Shown here piece after piece: positions 50,092-62,125 of a stretch of 64,000 nucleotides of DNA. Source of the DNA: Moniliella sp. 'wahieum' (lineage: Eukaryota); NCBI GenBank assembly GCA_003971905.1, contig RSEE01000063.1, positions 124,001 through 188,000 of the forward strand. The letters run 5' to 3'. A program made the translations under genes and the position numbers. The first letter of the stretch is position 1, and every line of letters starts with the position of its first letter. A model generated the notes under the pieces. The model had not been told where the DNA came from. It was given only the letters and a program-made list of their open reading frames with translations, and made no database searches.

Positions 50092-51008
50092 GTTGTTCCA
50101 CGGTGGGGAGAGCCGAGCGCGTGCAACAAAGGATGCGGAGGGCGGGGAGGGTAGTGGTAGTAGTAGTAGGAGGAGTGGCAGCAGAAGAAGGGCCAAAAAA
50201 GCACGAAGGAAGGCCGACGAAGCCTGGTGACCGAAGAGGGGAGAGCTGCCGTCGAGAGTCTATAGACAAAACTGTCGTCGTAGAAGCGAGTGGCGTCGGT
50301 CTTTGCGAGGCTAGACAAGGGAGGGGCCGTGTGGAAACAAGGAGAACACTCTGCGCGCATAACGCCTCGTGCGGCTGCGCTGCCACGCGCGTGCCATCGC
50401 ACCATGGCTCCATCCCAAAGTCTCCACGGGTGGACGATGGACTACGGCAGAGAACGCTGGGACGGTGGCGGACAGAAGTGGACAAGGGTGGAGACGAGTA
50501 GCGGCGGCCGGTGATTGATGATTGGGGACTGACGCGGTGACCCGGTGACGGAGCAAGAGAGTATGAAGAGCAGGGGGTGCAAGTGATGCATGATGGGCGA
50601 TAGGTGATGATCGATGTGGTACCACGGGGACAGTATCCACTCCAGCAAGTTATCCACACGCCTGGGATCACTGCCCCTCTGCGGGTGGGGCTAGTTTCGG
50701 TTAGTATATAGTACGGGTGATGTCTTCTATCCACGGCCCACGTCCACCGCGGCAAGTGAATGAAGTCACATGCACATGTCACAGTGACTGCTGCTCGCGC
50801 TCATCCAACTCTTCTTACCCCCCCCCAGCAACTGCCATCTCTGTCGGAGCCGGCTTCGTAGAGTGCATCGACAATGGGGCATTGCATACGGAAGTAAGTA
50901 ACTGCTCACGCGTCCTCTCCTTCCCGCCTTCGGAGCGGGGGGAACGAGTTCGTGTTCCATCTGGTCCTTGGTCCTTGGTCCTTGGATCTTGTTGTTATTA
51001 TGGTGGCG

Positions 51009-52973
51009 CTATGCTCGACCGCCGTCCGACAAAGGGCGAGGAGGCGAGGAGCTGCTTACCCGGATGCGCTGCAAGTCGCGCACAAATGAGTTACCCCACC
51101 AAGCGGCGGTGTGTTTATCGACAAACGCACGTAGCTGGTCTACATTCTTCGTGCGAGTTTCGAGCGGCATGGTGAGTGCCTCGACAATAGCATCGGCCAC
51201 TGCTTGTTTGTCCCACGGGTTGATGATCAAGCTTCCATTGAGCGACTGGGCTGCGCCAGCAAATTCCGAGAGGATCATCACGCCCTTGTGTTCGGCTTGG
51301 CACGCAATGTACTCGTACGACACGAGGTTCATTCCGTCCCGGGTCGAGGTGACCAAACAAGCGTCTGACGCAGCATAGAGAGCCACCAGTTCATCAAAGT
51401 CCACGGATCGGTGGAGAAAGTGGATGGGCATGTGCAGTGCCGAGCCATACTCGGAATTGATCCTGCCTACCATCTCATTGACCAAGCAGCGCAACGACTG
51501 GTACTCCCTCCACATCCTGCCGCGACGGCACAGCGACCTGGATGAGCACACAAGCTTCCTCCATTCCGGGTGCTGTTGCAAAAACGTCTCGAAGCCCAAC
51601 ATTTTTTGGGGTACGCCCTTGATGTAGTCCAACCGGTCTACACCAATGATGATTTTTTTCTGGTGGAAATGGGCTTTGAGCTCTGCGATGCGTCGTTGCA
51701 CACGATCGCGTTTCAAAGCTTGGTAAAACGACTGGGGTTCAATCCCAATCGGGTACGCGCCCACATGCACATAACGTCCTTCGAACGCCAACCCATTGGG
51801 GCTGACCTTTTTGTTCAAAATGCGCGTGCAAGAGGCGAGAAAGTGGCGGGCATAGTCGTAGGTGTGAAAGCCAATCAAGTCGGCATGCAGAATGCCCACC
51901 AAAATCTCACGCCGCACGGGAAGAATCCGATAAATCTCGCTGGACGGGAACGGGGTGTGGAGGAAAAACCCAATCTTGATCGCACCAGGGGAAAGAAACG
52001 TGGTGATCGTCCTGTTCCAACGGATCGTCCGCTACGCGCGGCACGACCCCTTCTTCAAGAGCAGTGGCGACACACAGGTTGGTGTTGAGACCTCGACGAA
52101 TATGGTCCAAGCCGAGGTGGGAGGTACGTCCTTGTTGTCCGCTGCCCTCGACCAGTACGCGCAGCAAGAGCGGGAGTAGCATCAGGTGGTAATCCTGTAC
52201 CCACACCATATCGCCTGGCCGAGAGACCGACCGAACACGCTGGGCAAATCAAGTTGGCCAATCGGTAAGCCAACCAAGACGCCTCGGTAAAGTTCATTTC
52301 ACCGGGGCGGTAGTGGCACAGAGGCCACAAGACCGAGTTGGAAAACCCATTGTAATGGCCATCTGCCACATCGTCTGGCAACCAGACCGGTTCGCAACTG
52401 TACTCGGACCGTAACTTTTCTTCCACATAGGCCCGATCGGAAGGGGGGACCGACAATCCCGGCCAGCCAAACCAGATGAAGGGAGTGGTCTTCTTAACGC
52501 CAGCCAGGGCAGATACCAAGCCTCCGGAAGAAGCAGAAAATGTGTATCCGCCCTCCGAGGTAGGATCGCGCTTGATGGTCACTGGCAGACGGTTGGACAC
52601 GACCAAGAGCGGGACTGCGCCGCGTCGGCAGGGCCGGACCAGAGGCGGAAGCGGACGTGTCCTGAACGTGCAGGGCAGCGTCAGGGTCGGGGTCATGGCC
52701 AGGCCATTGCTGTGAGGTAGAGACGTGCACGTCGTTCTCCAAGTCGGCTGGGTGAAGCCCAGGAGCGAGGGCTTGTTCGAGTGGTGTCGGGACGCAGCAG
52801 CCGTGGCAAAGCCGCTGGCCGAGGGCGAGGAGGAGAGACGAGGCGTGTCGTACTGGCTTGCTGAGGCGGGTGAGTCAGCAAGCGGGTTGCTGGGCACCGG
52901 ACGCATGCCCAGGGGGGGGGTGGAGCGGGCTGAACGGCTCCTGGTCCGCGGGGGGGATCCCACTGGGTACCAT
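51009..52973 (-). CDS. TPS1: Trehalose-6-phosphate synthase (GT20)
   Basis: VVSNRLP, SSGGLVSAL, WFGWPG, YNGFSNSVLWPLCHY, WVQDYHLMLLP, FLHTPFP, GFHTYDYARHF, VDRLDYIKG, RDGMNLVSYEY, LSEFAGAA. No phosphatase domain follows. Start is approximate. Confidence 0.95.
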
Positions 52974-54220
52974 GCTGGGGGGGGGGGGGGAGGAAAAAGA
53001 AGAGGAAGAGAAGGAGGAGGCGCAGCCGATGGAAGCAGGAGATGGGGGATGGGGGATACTAGATGCAAGATGCACGATAGACCAGCCTAACCGGCCTAAC
53101 CCCTGGGAACATCGATGCGATAGGCCATCATGCATCATGCATCATGCATGCCATCCGCAGGCAGCAGCCAACAGTGCCATCAGTGTATCAGCTTTATGAC
53201 AATGGGTGATCTGTGACGTATGACGCTGCTGCTTACATTTAGAATTGTTTCGATTTCAATGCATGCGGAGTTAGATGCTCCGTTTCCCGTTTTCCATTCG
53301 CCCTTTTGCTCGCCACCATCGTTTGGAACGTGGCACAAGGTCCAGCAACCGTTAACAGCGCCCGGGATGCCATGTGTGCGATCCAACCTCGCTGCCCGCA
53401 ACAGGATTCAGCGTCCTCAGCCATTTGTACTGACTGTGAACGCATGCAGCGGGGGTAATGTATCATCTCTCCCTTTTTTTGATCCCCGCATGTGGATGCG
53501 TTTTGGGGGGTGTATAGCGACAACCGTTTCCACCTCGCCCTGCCAAGTAAGCGAGGCTTCTTCGGTACGCGCCCTCGCATTGTAACATCTCGTTCCCTTT
53601 CATTTATCCTCTCGAAAGACAGTTGCGGTTGTGGTGCCCTATTCTGGGGTGTGGTAGGTTGCAGTGTGACATGTGAAGGTCGGGGGCTCAAAAAGGAGTG
53701 GCGCGGTGCCCTTGTCGTCCCAGCTGTGATTGGGCCTTAGAGAGAGAGGGGAAAGAGGGCGAAAGATGACGAAGCCAGAGACGGGGAGTCGTGCTAGAAT
53801 AGCGTACTATAGGTGAGATGTGAGAGCCAGGTGCGATGGCATTTGGGGGCCAATCGTTGTATTATAATTGCGCACCTGTCTGGGCAGCCCACGCGGCACG
53901 GCGCCTCTGCCTGCGTGGGTGGGTGGGCGAGAGGCGAGGGTTCGGCTGTGCGGCGGGGTTCCGGGTGTGCGGCGGTGCTAGGTCGGATTAGGCAGTCGCA
54001 GCCTGCGAATATACGCGCCCTCCTTGCGCGTCTCTGATCCCACAGCCGACAGACCGCGGCGCGACGGCCTCAGACTGCCGCCCATGTCCGATGCCCGCCG
54101 CCCCACATGTCCGACACCAGCAGACAGCCGTAGGATGCATCGCCCCGCGTCACCCCCCCATCGGCGCGCCCCCCCACCACCTTCTCACCCGCAACGTCAC
54201 CCCACCACACACACCACACC

Positions 54221-56523
54221 ATGCCCATCCCCGCCCCCGTCCGCAAGCCCGTCCCCAAACGGCCCCCCAGCCGCACCCTCCCTCCCTCCTCTTCAGACCG
54301 CAGCACAAGCACACCACACCACACCCCGTCTCCGCGCCCTGCATTCCCCGCCCCCTCCTTCTGCCTCTCCACCCGCTGTCCTTGCTTCATCTCAGCATGC
54401 AGCCTCGTTGCACCAGCACAGTGACCCTCCTCGTCGCCCGGACACCCACCAAAGCCAGCCGGCACCCAGCACAGCAGTAGCGGAGCACGAGTCTCCCATC
54501 AACTGGCAGTTCGTCTCCTTTGACGAGCGTCCGTCTGAACGCGCCCTCTCCACCATGAGTCTCACTCGTCTCACGCCACCCCACCCGTGCAAGAAAAAAG
54601 CGAATCCGGCTCACACACCTGCTCTCTTGGTGAGGAGCACCATCATCACTCATTCTGTCCCTACTCTGTCCCCCGCCAGCTGTACCACCCACCCCGAACG
54701 CTTGATTACCTCGCTCCCTCTTCCCATGAGTAGGACCAGCAGCCCGACGATGGTGGGCATAGTCACGCCACACACCTCGAGGAGCACCCACGGACGTTTT
54801 CGGGAGAGTCTTCGTCGTTGTTTGACAGGCCCTCCTCAACGTTGGTGTCGGGTGGCGAGGACGATGAACCGAGGCTCGAATCGGACCTGATGCACGCACC
54901 CGGCTCCCCCTGGGTTGGGGAGGACGAAGAGGGGAACCGGCCGTCGGTGGGCCGCTGGGCCGGAAGAATGGGAGGAGGCAGGAGGGTACCAATGATTTCG
55001 GTGGGTCTCACAGCGTCTCCAATGGGAACAGTGAAGATGCTTTAGCGGCTGAGATTGCTCATGCTCAGGCAGTGGCCTACTTTGTCGAGCGCGGTTGGAA
55101 CTGGAATCCGTCCTCTCACCATTCTGCGCCTTTTATTGCGCGGTTAGGAGAGAGGGCGTCGTCGTCGTCAAGTAAAGTTCCTTTTGTAACGGGAACCGGT
55201 TCGTTCTTGGTCCGTTCGTCTTCTCATGCCTCCCATGCCGCTCCTCGACCAGGTCGAAGACCCGTTGCCCCGCTCAAACTCAAACATAGTCTCACCCAAC
55301 ACCTGTCCCATGGGCACGGGAGGACCACTCCGTTCCGTCGGCGTCCGCTTTTTGGTGCCGAAGCAGCTCCTTCCTCAACTACGAATCCTGTGCCTGAATC
55401 TAGAATGGCTTCCGGTCTGCCGGTACCAAGTACCCCTTCTCCGGGTCTCTCTCCCTTGACCGAGCCGGCTCGTAGCACGCCCATCCGCATGCCCCTCACC
55501 TCCCTGAACCGGTTCCGCTCCGTGTCCCGCACGCTCTCCGTACGCCTGGGCGTACGTCCACGCGGTGCAGAAAGTTCATCCGGTGCTGACCTGTCCACTT
55601 CGCCTCCGACTGGGACCAACATGGCCAACCCAGGAACGCCTTGCACACCCAAAGCGTGTCCGCCTCCGCAGCCGCTCCCGCCACCACCGGCTACGCCCCA
55701 TCGGCTACGCCAGCTACGCCACCACCACAGTCGAGGGAGGAGGCGAATGGGGCCTCGGACACGGCGCGTCTTCTCTCAGGGTCGTTGTACCAGCTGCGTC
55801 GGCTGACGCGATCGCGTACCTCGGTGGGTACCTGGCGCCCGCGCGTTCTTTCGGATGGATCGCATCGACCCTCGACAATGCGTTCTTCGATCGCCACTGG
55901 CTCTCTCGCCCCGTTTCTCTCGACGGATTCCAATACGCCAGCACAAGCACCAGCACCGACACCAGTACCCGTACCATCTCCGAGGCGACTGGCAGCGAGT
56001 GCGACCCTAGGACGTCCACGGGGCCTCAACTGGACCACAGCACTAGAGCCTCGTCCCACCCCACCCAAAGCGAGGGGGAGTGTACGTCGGAGCAAGAGGT
56101 GCTCGAGTTGAGTACGGAAGACGATCGCTTCTCCTCCGGGGGGGGCGTGGAGGATACCTTATTCGTCGTTGGTTCCACCGGTTCTACGGGAGGGTTGTTG
56201 TTAGGGGACCGGTACTCTGGTCCGATGACGTCGTGTCCCGCTGCCCCTCCACCCCCGTCGGACACTACGCTTACCTCCTTTCCCTCCCTAAGTCCGCTGT
56301 CTTCTTGGGAGCAAGAGTGCCGCCGCCACAGCTATCACAGCCACCAACGTTAGTCGTTCTTCTTCGCCCACTCTTCCGGCTGATGACTACCGCTCCCTGC
56401 CACACAACCACAACCACCAGGCCCAAAGTCCCAGTCTGGGAACGGGTACACCGACGGCCAATGCACTTGTGCACGACACGACCAGTCCCTCGCCCGCCTC
56501 ACGTTCACGCCCGAGCAACCTAA
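54221..56523 (+). CDS. Hypothetical Ser/Pro/Thr-rich protein (frameshifted; ends uncertain)
   Basis: Chain of + strand ORFs with ordered islands (ESPINWQFVSFDERP; AYFVERGWNWNP; AIAYLGGYLAPARSFGWIASTLDNAFF). No family recognised. Confidence 0.45.
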
Positions 56524-58115
56524 CTGATCCATCTGGGACCGATGGGCCATCGGCTTTAGGTCCAGGTCGAGGTGGGGCGCGGACTGTGCGTGTAGGTTCG
56601 TCATCGGTTTCGACACTGTCGTCGTCGTTTTCGGACCCGGTGGGATCTGCGCTGGGGAAACGAGTGCGGGAGCGGAAGCTGATGCGGATGCGGATGCTGG
56701 TGCTGGTACTGGTGCGGGGCGTGTGGAGCGAGCCTTGTCCGATACGCCGTTGTGGTCCTTACCGCGTCGGTGGGGGCGCGGGGGGGGTGGTCGCGTCGCA
56801 TGGGCGTGGGCTTGGGCTTGGGTGAAAGGTCGGCGTAAGACCAGAACGTAATTGCAGGCAGGGACGAGGACCGACACTCAAAAGGGACAGCAGTGTACCG
56901 GAGGGTACCGGAGAGCACAGCGGAGCACAGCGGAGGGTAGAGAGAAGATGTGACTCTTGTTTTGGTTATGTGCAAGCGTCGGGTCTCTTCCTCTTTTGTT
57001 GTTGGGGTGGTGCGTTGTTCTGCGCGTGAGCTGCATCGGTGAGCTGGTGAGCTGGTGAGTTGGTGTGTGAGTTTGTGTACACTTGAACCCCTCTCTCTCG
57101 TGTTGGTGTGGCTTCATCAATCTCAATCTCATCCTGTTTAATCCACCTGCACACCCGTTTGTCCGAATCTCTGCACGGCTCACCTTGACATTGATTTTTT
57201 CCCTTCGATGTGTTGGCGGTACGCATGTACAGTGTTCCTGTTCCTGATCCTGATCCTGTTCCTCTCTATCTTGAAAACTTGAACCCTCTCACTCGGCTCG
57301 ACTCCAATCCAGGGTACGTGGTACACTTATCCGAGCCCTCCTGCTCAGCGTGTTGCTCCATCGATCCTCTCGTTTCTCGGGTTTGCCAATACCTATGCAC
57401 GAGGGACTCGAGAGAAGATAGAGGAGCGGCGTTGGCCGCGCGGCTACATGGTATGCCACAGTACCAGGATATCCGAAGTACACGGCGCACAGGTTTCGAA
57501 GGACACGAAAACATTACCTATTGACTATTGAATCCTCCTCTTCCACATGAACCTTCCTCAAGCACTCTTCTCTTCGGACCCTCTTTGTGCTTCTCGGGCG
57601 TAACGCGGAACGCGTAATATATGATGGCAGGCAGCGGTCCTGAACACGAACCCTGCCCCTCTATCCAATTGGGGGGGACGAGCGCGCTACCGAACGCGAG
57701 AGGATGGTGAGATCTGAGACCAACAGACACGAATACGTTACCGGGGGAGCACGCTGGACTATGAATGACATCCAAATAAGCCACAAGTTCACAGAGCACA
57801 TGGGGGGAGGTGTCCATATGATGCTTTCTTTGCCATAAAGAGAGCAGCATGCTAGTGTCTACCAAACAGCCCCACCGCGGCACCCGAAAGGACCTGGTCA
57901 GCTGAGACAAGGACGCAGAGGAGGTAAGAGGGAGGGGGCGTCAGACTCAAGACGTGCTCGCTAAGGCCGGTAACCGGTAACCTTTGGTCCCACTAGTCCG
58001 GTATGCGCGGCATGGGGTTACGTGACAGGTGATTAAGATTCCTATATCAGTTGGATGATCCTGTTCAATAACGTTCACCTCACGACTGTGCCCCCTTCCT
58101 TCTGAGGTACATATA

Positions 58116-58393
58116 ATGAGACCTGCAGTCCGGATGTGGTTGGTCCTCGAGGGTGATGCAATTGCACTGGTGGTGGTGAGGGTCTAAGCTCTAAGCCTAG
58201 CAGCAACGCCTACAGAGGCACCATCAAGCTTCACGCAGTGAGTCGCCAGCAGGGGCTAATAAACTGCGGAACAAGGAAAACAGGAGAGAGGAAACAACGG
58301 AACTCGTAGGCCTGAGGTTCAGGCCTGAGGAGGAACTGAAGGGACGTTGGCCACGTTGAAGAGCCAACCGGTATCATCGCTCGTGGCTCAACA
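58116..58393 (-). repeat. Dispersed LTR-like repeat, copy 4
   Basis: gagacctgcagtccggatg...gggtgatgcaattgcactggtggtggt...gagtcgccagcagggg...ggctcaaca; homologous to copies 1-3. Confidence 0.8.
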
Positions 58394-60757
58394 ACATATA
58401 TACCTCCACATGCACACCAGAGTCCGTCCATAGATGTATCCAATCCATCTGCTCCCTTTTCTCCATCTCACGTTTCCTGACAGGGAAGTGCCCCGGGCCT
58501 TCTTGGTCGCGGCTGCAAAACCTTGGCCGTCAGTCTGGCCTGCACGGCGTGCTGGACAGAAACCTCCTTGGGGATCGCCTTGGAGGGGGCGAAAAGGATG
58601 GGCTGGTGGGAGAGGGGGCAGTCGTCATCGCCGTTGTGGACGTTTGTATTGTGTTTGTGTTTGTGTTTATGCTTGTGGTTTTGGGGTTGGGCTAGACTTC
58701 AAGCTTGAAGCTTGATCGATGATCAGGCTCACGGGCGTGCGCTCGGCAGCGTTCCCCTCGAGGAGGCGCCGCAGTGACGCGGCAGGACAGGGCGGCGTCC
58801 AACTTTCCCCTCAGTTACTCATTTCACGTGGTTGCCGTGTATTGCTTGGGCTGGCGAGGCAGCATTCCGTCCCACCCCCTTTTCCGCTCGTCGCGTGATG
58901 CAGCCAAGCGAGGGCGGCGCACCCAGGCACAACAGCGCACTATTCGTTGGTCCCAGATTGAACGTTCAACGTCTTGGAGGCGTGTGGAGGTCTGAGGCTC
59001 AGGGCGCTCAGGTTAGAACTTGGAACCCTGAGGTTAATGGAAAAGCTTTCTTTTCCCCATTGAAAAGTTCTTAAAAAGCTCAACTCGTGGAGGTAGTATC
59101 TAGTAACTAGTGACTCCTCTTTTGGTTAGCTTTGTGGGCGGCGGCTGCAGACGTCGGTTAGAGCGGGGTGGAGAGGAGGATAGGAATAGTTGGAACCTTC
59201 GCTGTGTTTGCCATATCCTTTGGGTTGGCGGCTGTTACCATCCGGTTACCTAGGGGCTCCCTTGGCGCGTGATGTATGACGCATATCTGAAGCTTGAATT
59301 TGAAATTTGAGGCGAGCACCACAGCGAAGGACGAGCCAGTGCGAACAGCTCGCACGAGAACCAGTCCACTGTAGCTGCACTAGGCACTAGGCACTGGAGA
59401 CTGGACAGGCGAGACTGGTGCTGCGCCTGGTCAGGCAGTTGCCCAGTTGGCGCTGTTGGGTTGGCGCTCGGTCGACGAGAGCGCGAGCTCCTATCCCACA
59501 TTCAACGTTGACGTTCAACGAACGTTCAACTGTGGCTGAGTGGACCGTTCCATTCGGTAACCGGTAACCGGCCGGTAAATACCGATGGTGGAAATGCAAC
59601 GATACATACTGCATGATCGATGATCGCCCTTGCGCCCCGCGGAGGGAACACTGCGAGCCCCTCCTGCTGAGCCTCAGCGCTGAACAACGGTGACCTTGCG
59701 AACGGTTCAAACGATACCAGCCCTACCCACCGTACCTACCGTACCAACGGCCCGTCGGATTGGAGATCCATTTTCTCAGCCCGCAGCACACATTCCGTAT
59801 GAGGTTATCGGTTACTTTCAGTGCATCCGAACAGGACTCGGTCCAGTCTCAGTACACTCACCCTCGCCGGCTCGCCATTTCATAGCGCGTGGCTGGCCGG
59901 CCGACATGGCGGCCAGAGGTGGCCTGTCGCCGGGCAGCTGTCGGCGGGGCAGAGGGGCCAGGTGCCCGTAGCAGATGCGAATAGCTGCGGCCAGTGCGAG
60001 GTGCGTTACGGTGTGCTCTGCCCCACTGCCAGACCCTCCCATGTCGTTCTACATGCCGCGCTGCGCTTACGTACCACGCCCCACTCAGCGATCAGCGCGA
60101 TCGGCGCAGTGGCCCTGTGCGCCGCCGGCGTCCCCAGCCCTCCACCACCGGTTGCCGGGGGCAGCCGGCGCAGCAGCCCCCAATCGAACACCCGTTCCTC
60201 GATCACCGACGATCGCCAATCGGAGGAAGCGCTCTGCGGCGGAGCCATGCCACAGGCCACAGGTCACCGGTCACATGTCACATGTCACCTGCATGGCCAC
60301 AGCAGCATCAATGCACCACACCACACCACTCTCCGACGCCTTGGTCACTAGTCACTAGTCACTTTGGCCCGCCCACCCACCTCCTCCCACCCCGCCCGTG
60401 TACCCGCACACTGCCCCCGGGCGCAAATCGCTGCGGTCCGAGCTCCCTAGCCCCCGCACACGGCCAGTGTGGCGCCGGCGTGCGAGCATGCACTTCTGCG
60501 GCGCATCGCCACAGGGGCGCTGTGCGTGGCTCCGCCACGTCGCCAGTGTTGTGTCCCCTTGCGCGCCCGCTGATTTGCGCCGCCACACTCGTCTGGTGCT
60601 GGTGCCTTCTGCGTTCTGTTTTGGTGCCGACGTGGGTGCTGCGTGGGACATGTGAACCAGAGGCACTGGCTGCTACCTTCACCCTCTCGCCACCTCCTCC
60701 CCTTTCTCCTGCCACCACCTCCACCTCACCTCCACCTCCCTCTCCCTCTTCCACGCC

Positions 60758-62125
60758 ATGCACCTCCCTGGCGCTTCTCTCGTGACTGGCCTGGCCCTGG
60801 CCAGCAGTGTCTCTGCCCGTGCCCTCGTGTACCGCGGCAACGGCGCTGCTGCTGCCACGCCTGCCTTTGACCGCCGTGCAGCCAAGACGTCGTCGGTCAG
60901 CGTGGTGACCACCATGCCGCTTGCCTCCAGCGCCCACGGAGCCAGCAGCGCCGGCATCTGGTCCACTGCCAGCCCCCCACCCTTCTCGTACGGCACCCCT
61001 AGCAACACCTTCTTTGGCGTCCAGGGTCGTGGCAAGAACGGTCCCACCAACCCCGACCAGCCTTCGCTCAACACTCCCCTCAACCAGTCGTCTGATGCTC
61101 GTCTTGCTACCCTCAACTCGATTGACGACTGGTGCACCTTTGGTCCCTCTCCTCTCACAACACCGATACCCCCTTGGGGATCTGGAGCAGACAACGGTGG
61201 CCTACTGCACCAAGCAACGCAACAACGCTCGTGTCATTGTACGTTCCTTCAATCTCCCTGTTTTCTTACTGTATGGCTCGATGCGTGAACGTTTCTGACA
61301 TGTGTGCTTTTCTTTACTTTCTTTTCTGGTTAGCCCGACGGCACCGTGACTGCCGTTCAGTTTGTCAAGACACCCCTCTACATCCAGCTGTATGCGCTGG
61401 GTGACTTTGCCAACATCAACCTTGCTCCCGGCGACTCGGGCGGAGAACTTGACCCTCACGGTGCGACCAACATGGGCAACCCTGTGGGTGGCAATGTGAC
61501 GTCGAACATTGTCGATGGCAAGACGGATGTGTTTTACGAGGAGTGGATGAACTACATTTCCTCGTCGGAGATTTGCTTCCGTGTGTGCATTGCCGGTTCG
61601 GACCAAGCCACTCCGTCAGTCGAGTGCCAGCACACGCTGGACGAGATGGGATGCTCGTTTGTCATGGCCCAGCTGCCCCTTACCAACGGGACATTTGAGT
61701 CGTGCGAGGCGGATGCTGCGTACCCTCCTGGTCTGTACCCTCAACCCGACGGGTCCACCTCGACGTTCCAGCAATACTTTTCGGGCATCTACACTGTTGG
61801 CGCTACGGCCTACTCGTTCCAGAATGCGCAGTCGGACCAGGTGACGCCTTCTGCGCCGTACTCCTACCCCACTCCGAGCTCCTGCACCACCACGTCGTCC
61901 ATCAAGAACGGGCTATTGGGCATTGGCTACGTTGCCCCCGCGTCCTCGAGCAAGTCGGCGTCCAAGGGTGCCAGCGCATCGGGCAGTGCATCCAGCAGTC
62001 CATCTGGCTCGGCCTCGGGCTCTTCAAGCACGTCGAGCAAATCCCCCGCTTCGGGCCGAACGTCGTACCTGGGAGCTGGTGTGGCCTTCACCGCTGCCCT
62101 CTTGGCTGGTGTGGCACTGTGTTAA
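60758..62125 (+). CDS. Secreted, probably GPI-anchored MP88-like mannoprotein
   Basis: Signal peptide; LNSIDDWCTFGP, VAYCTK..NARVI|PDGT, GDSGGELDPHGA..GNPVGG, EWMNYIS..CFRVC, C.HTLDEMGC.FVM, FESCEAD resemble Cryptococcus MP88-family proteins. Intron ~61239-61333; Ser-rich tail and hydrophobic end. Confidence 0.85.
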
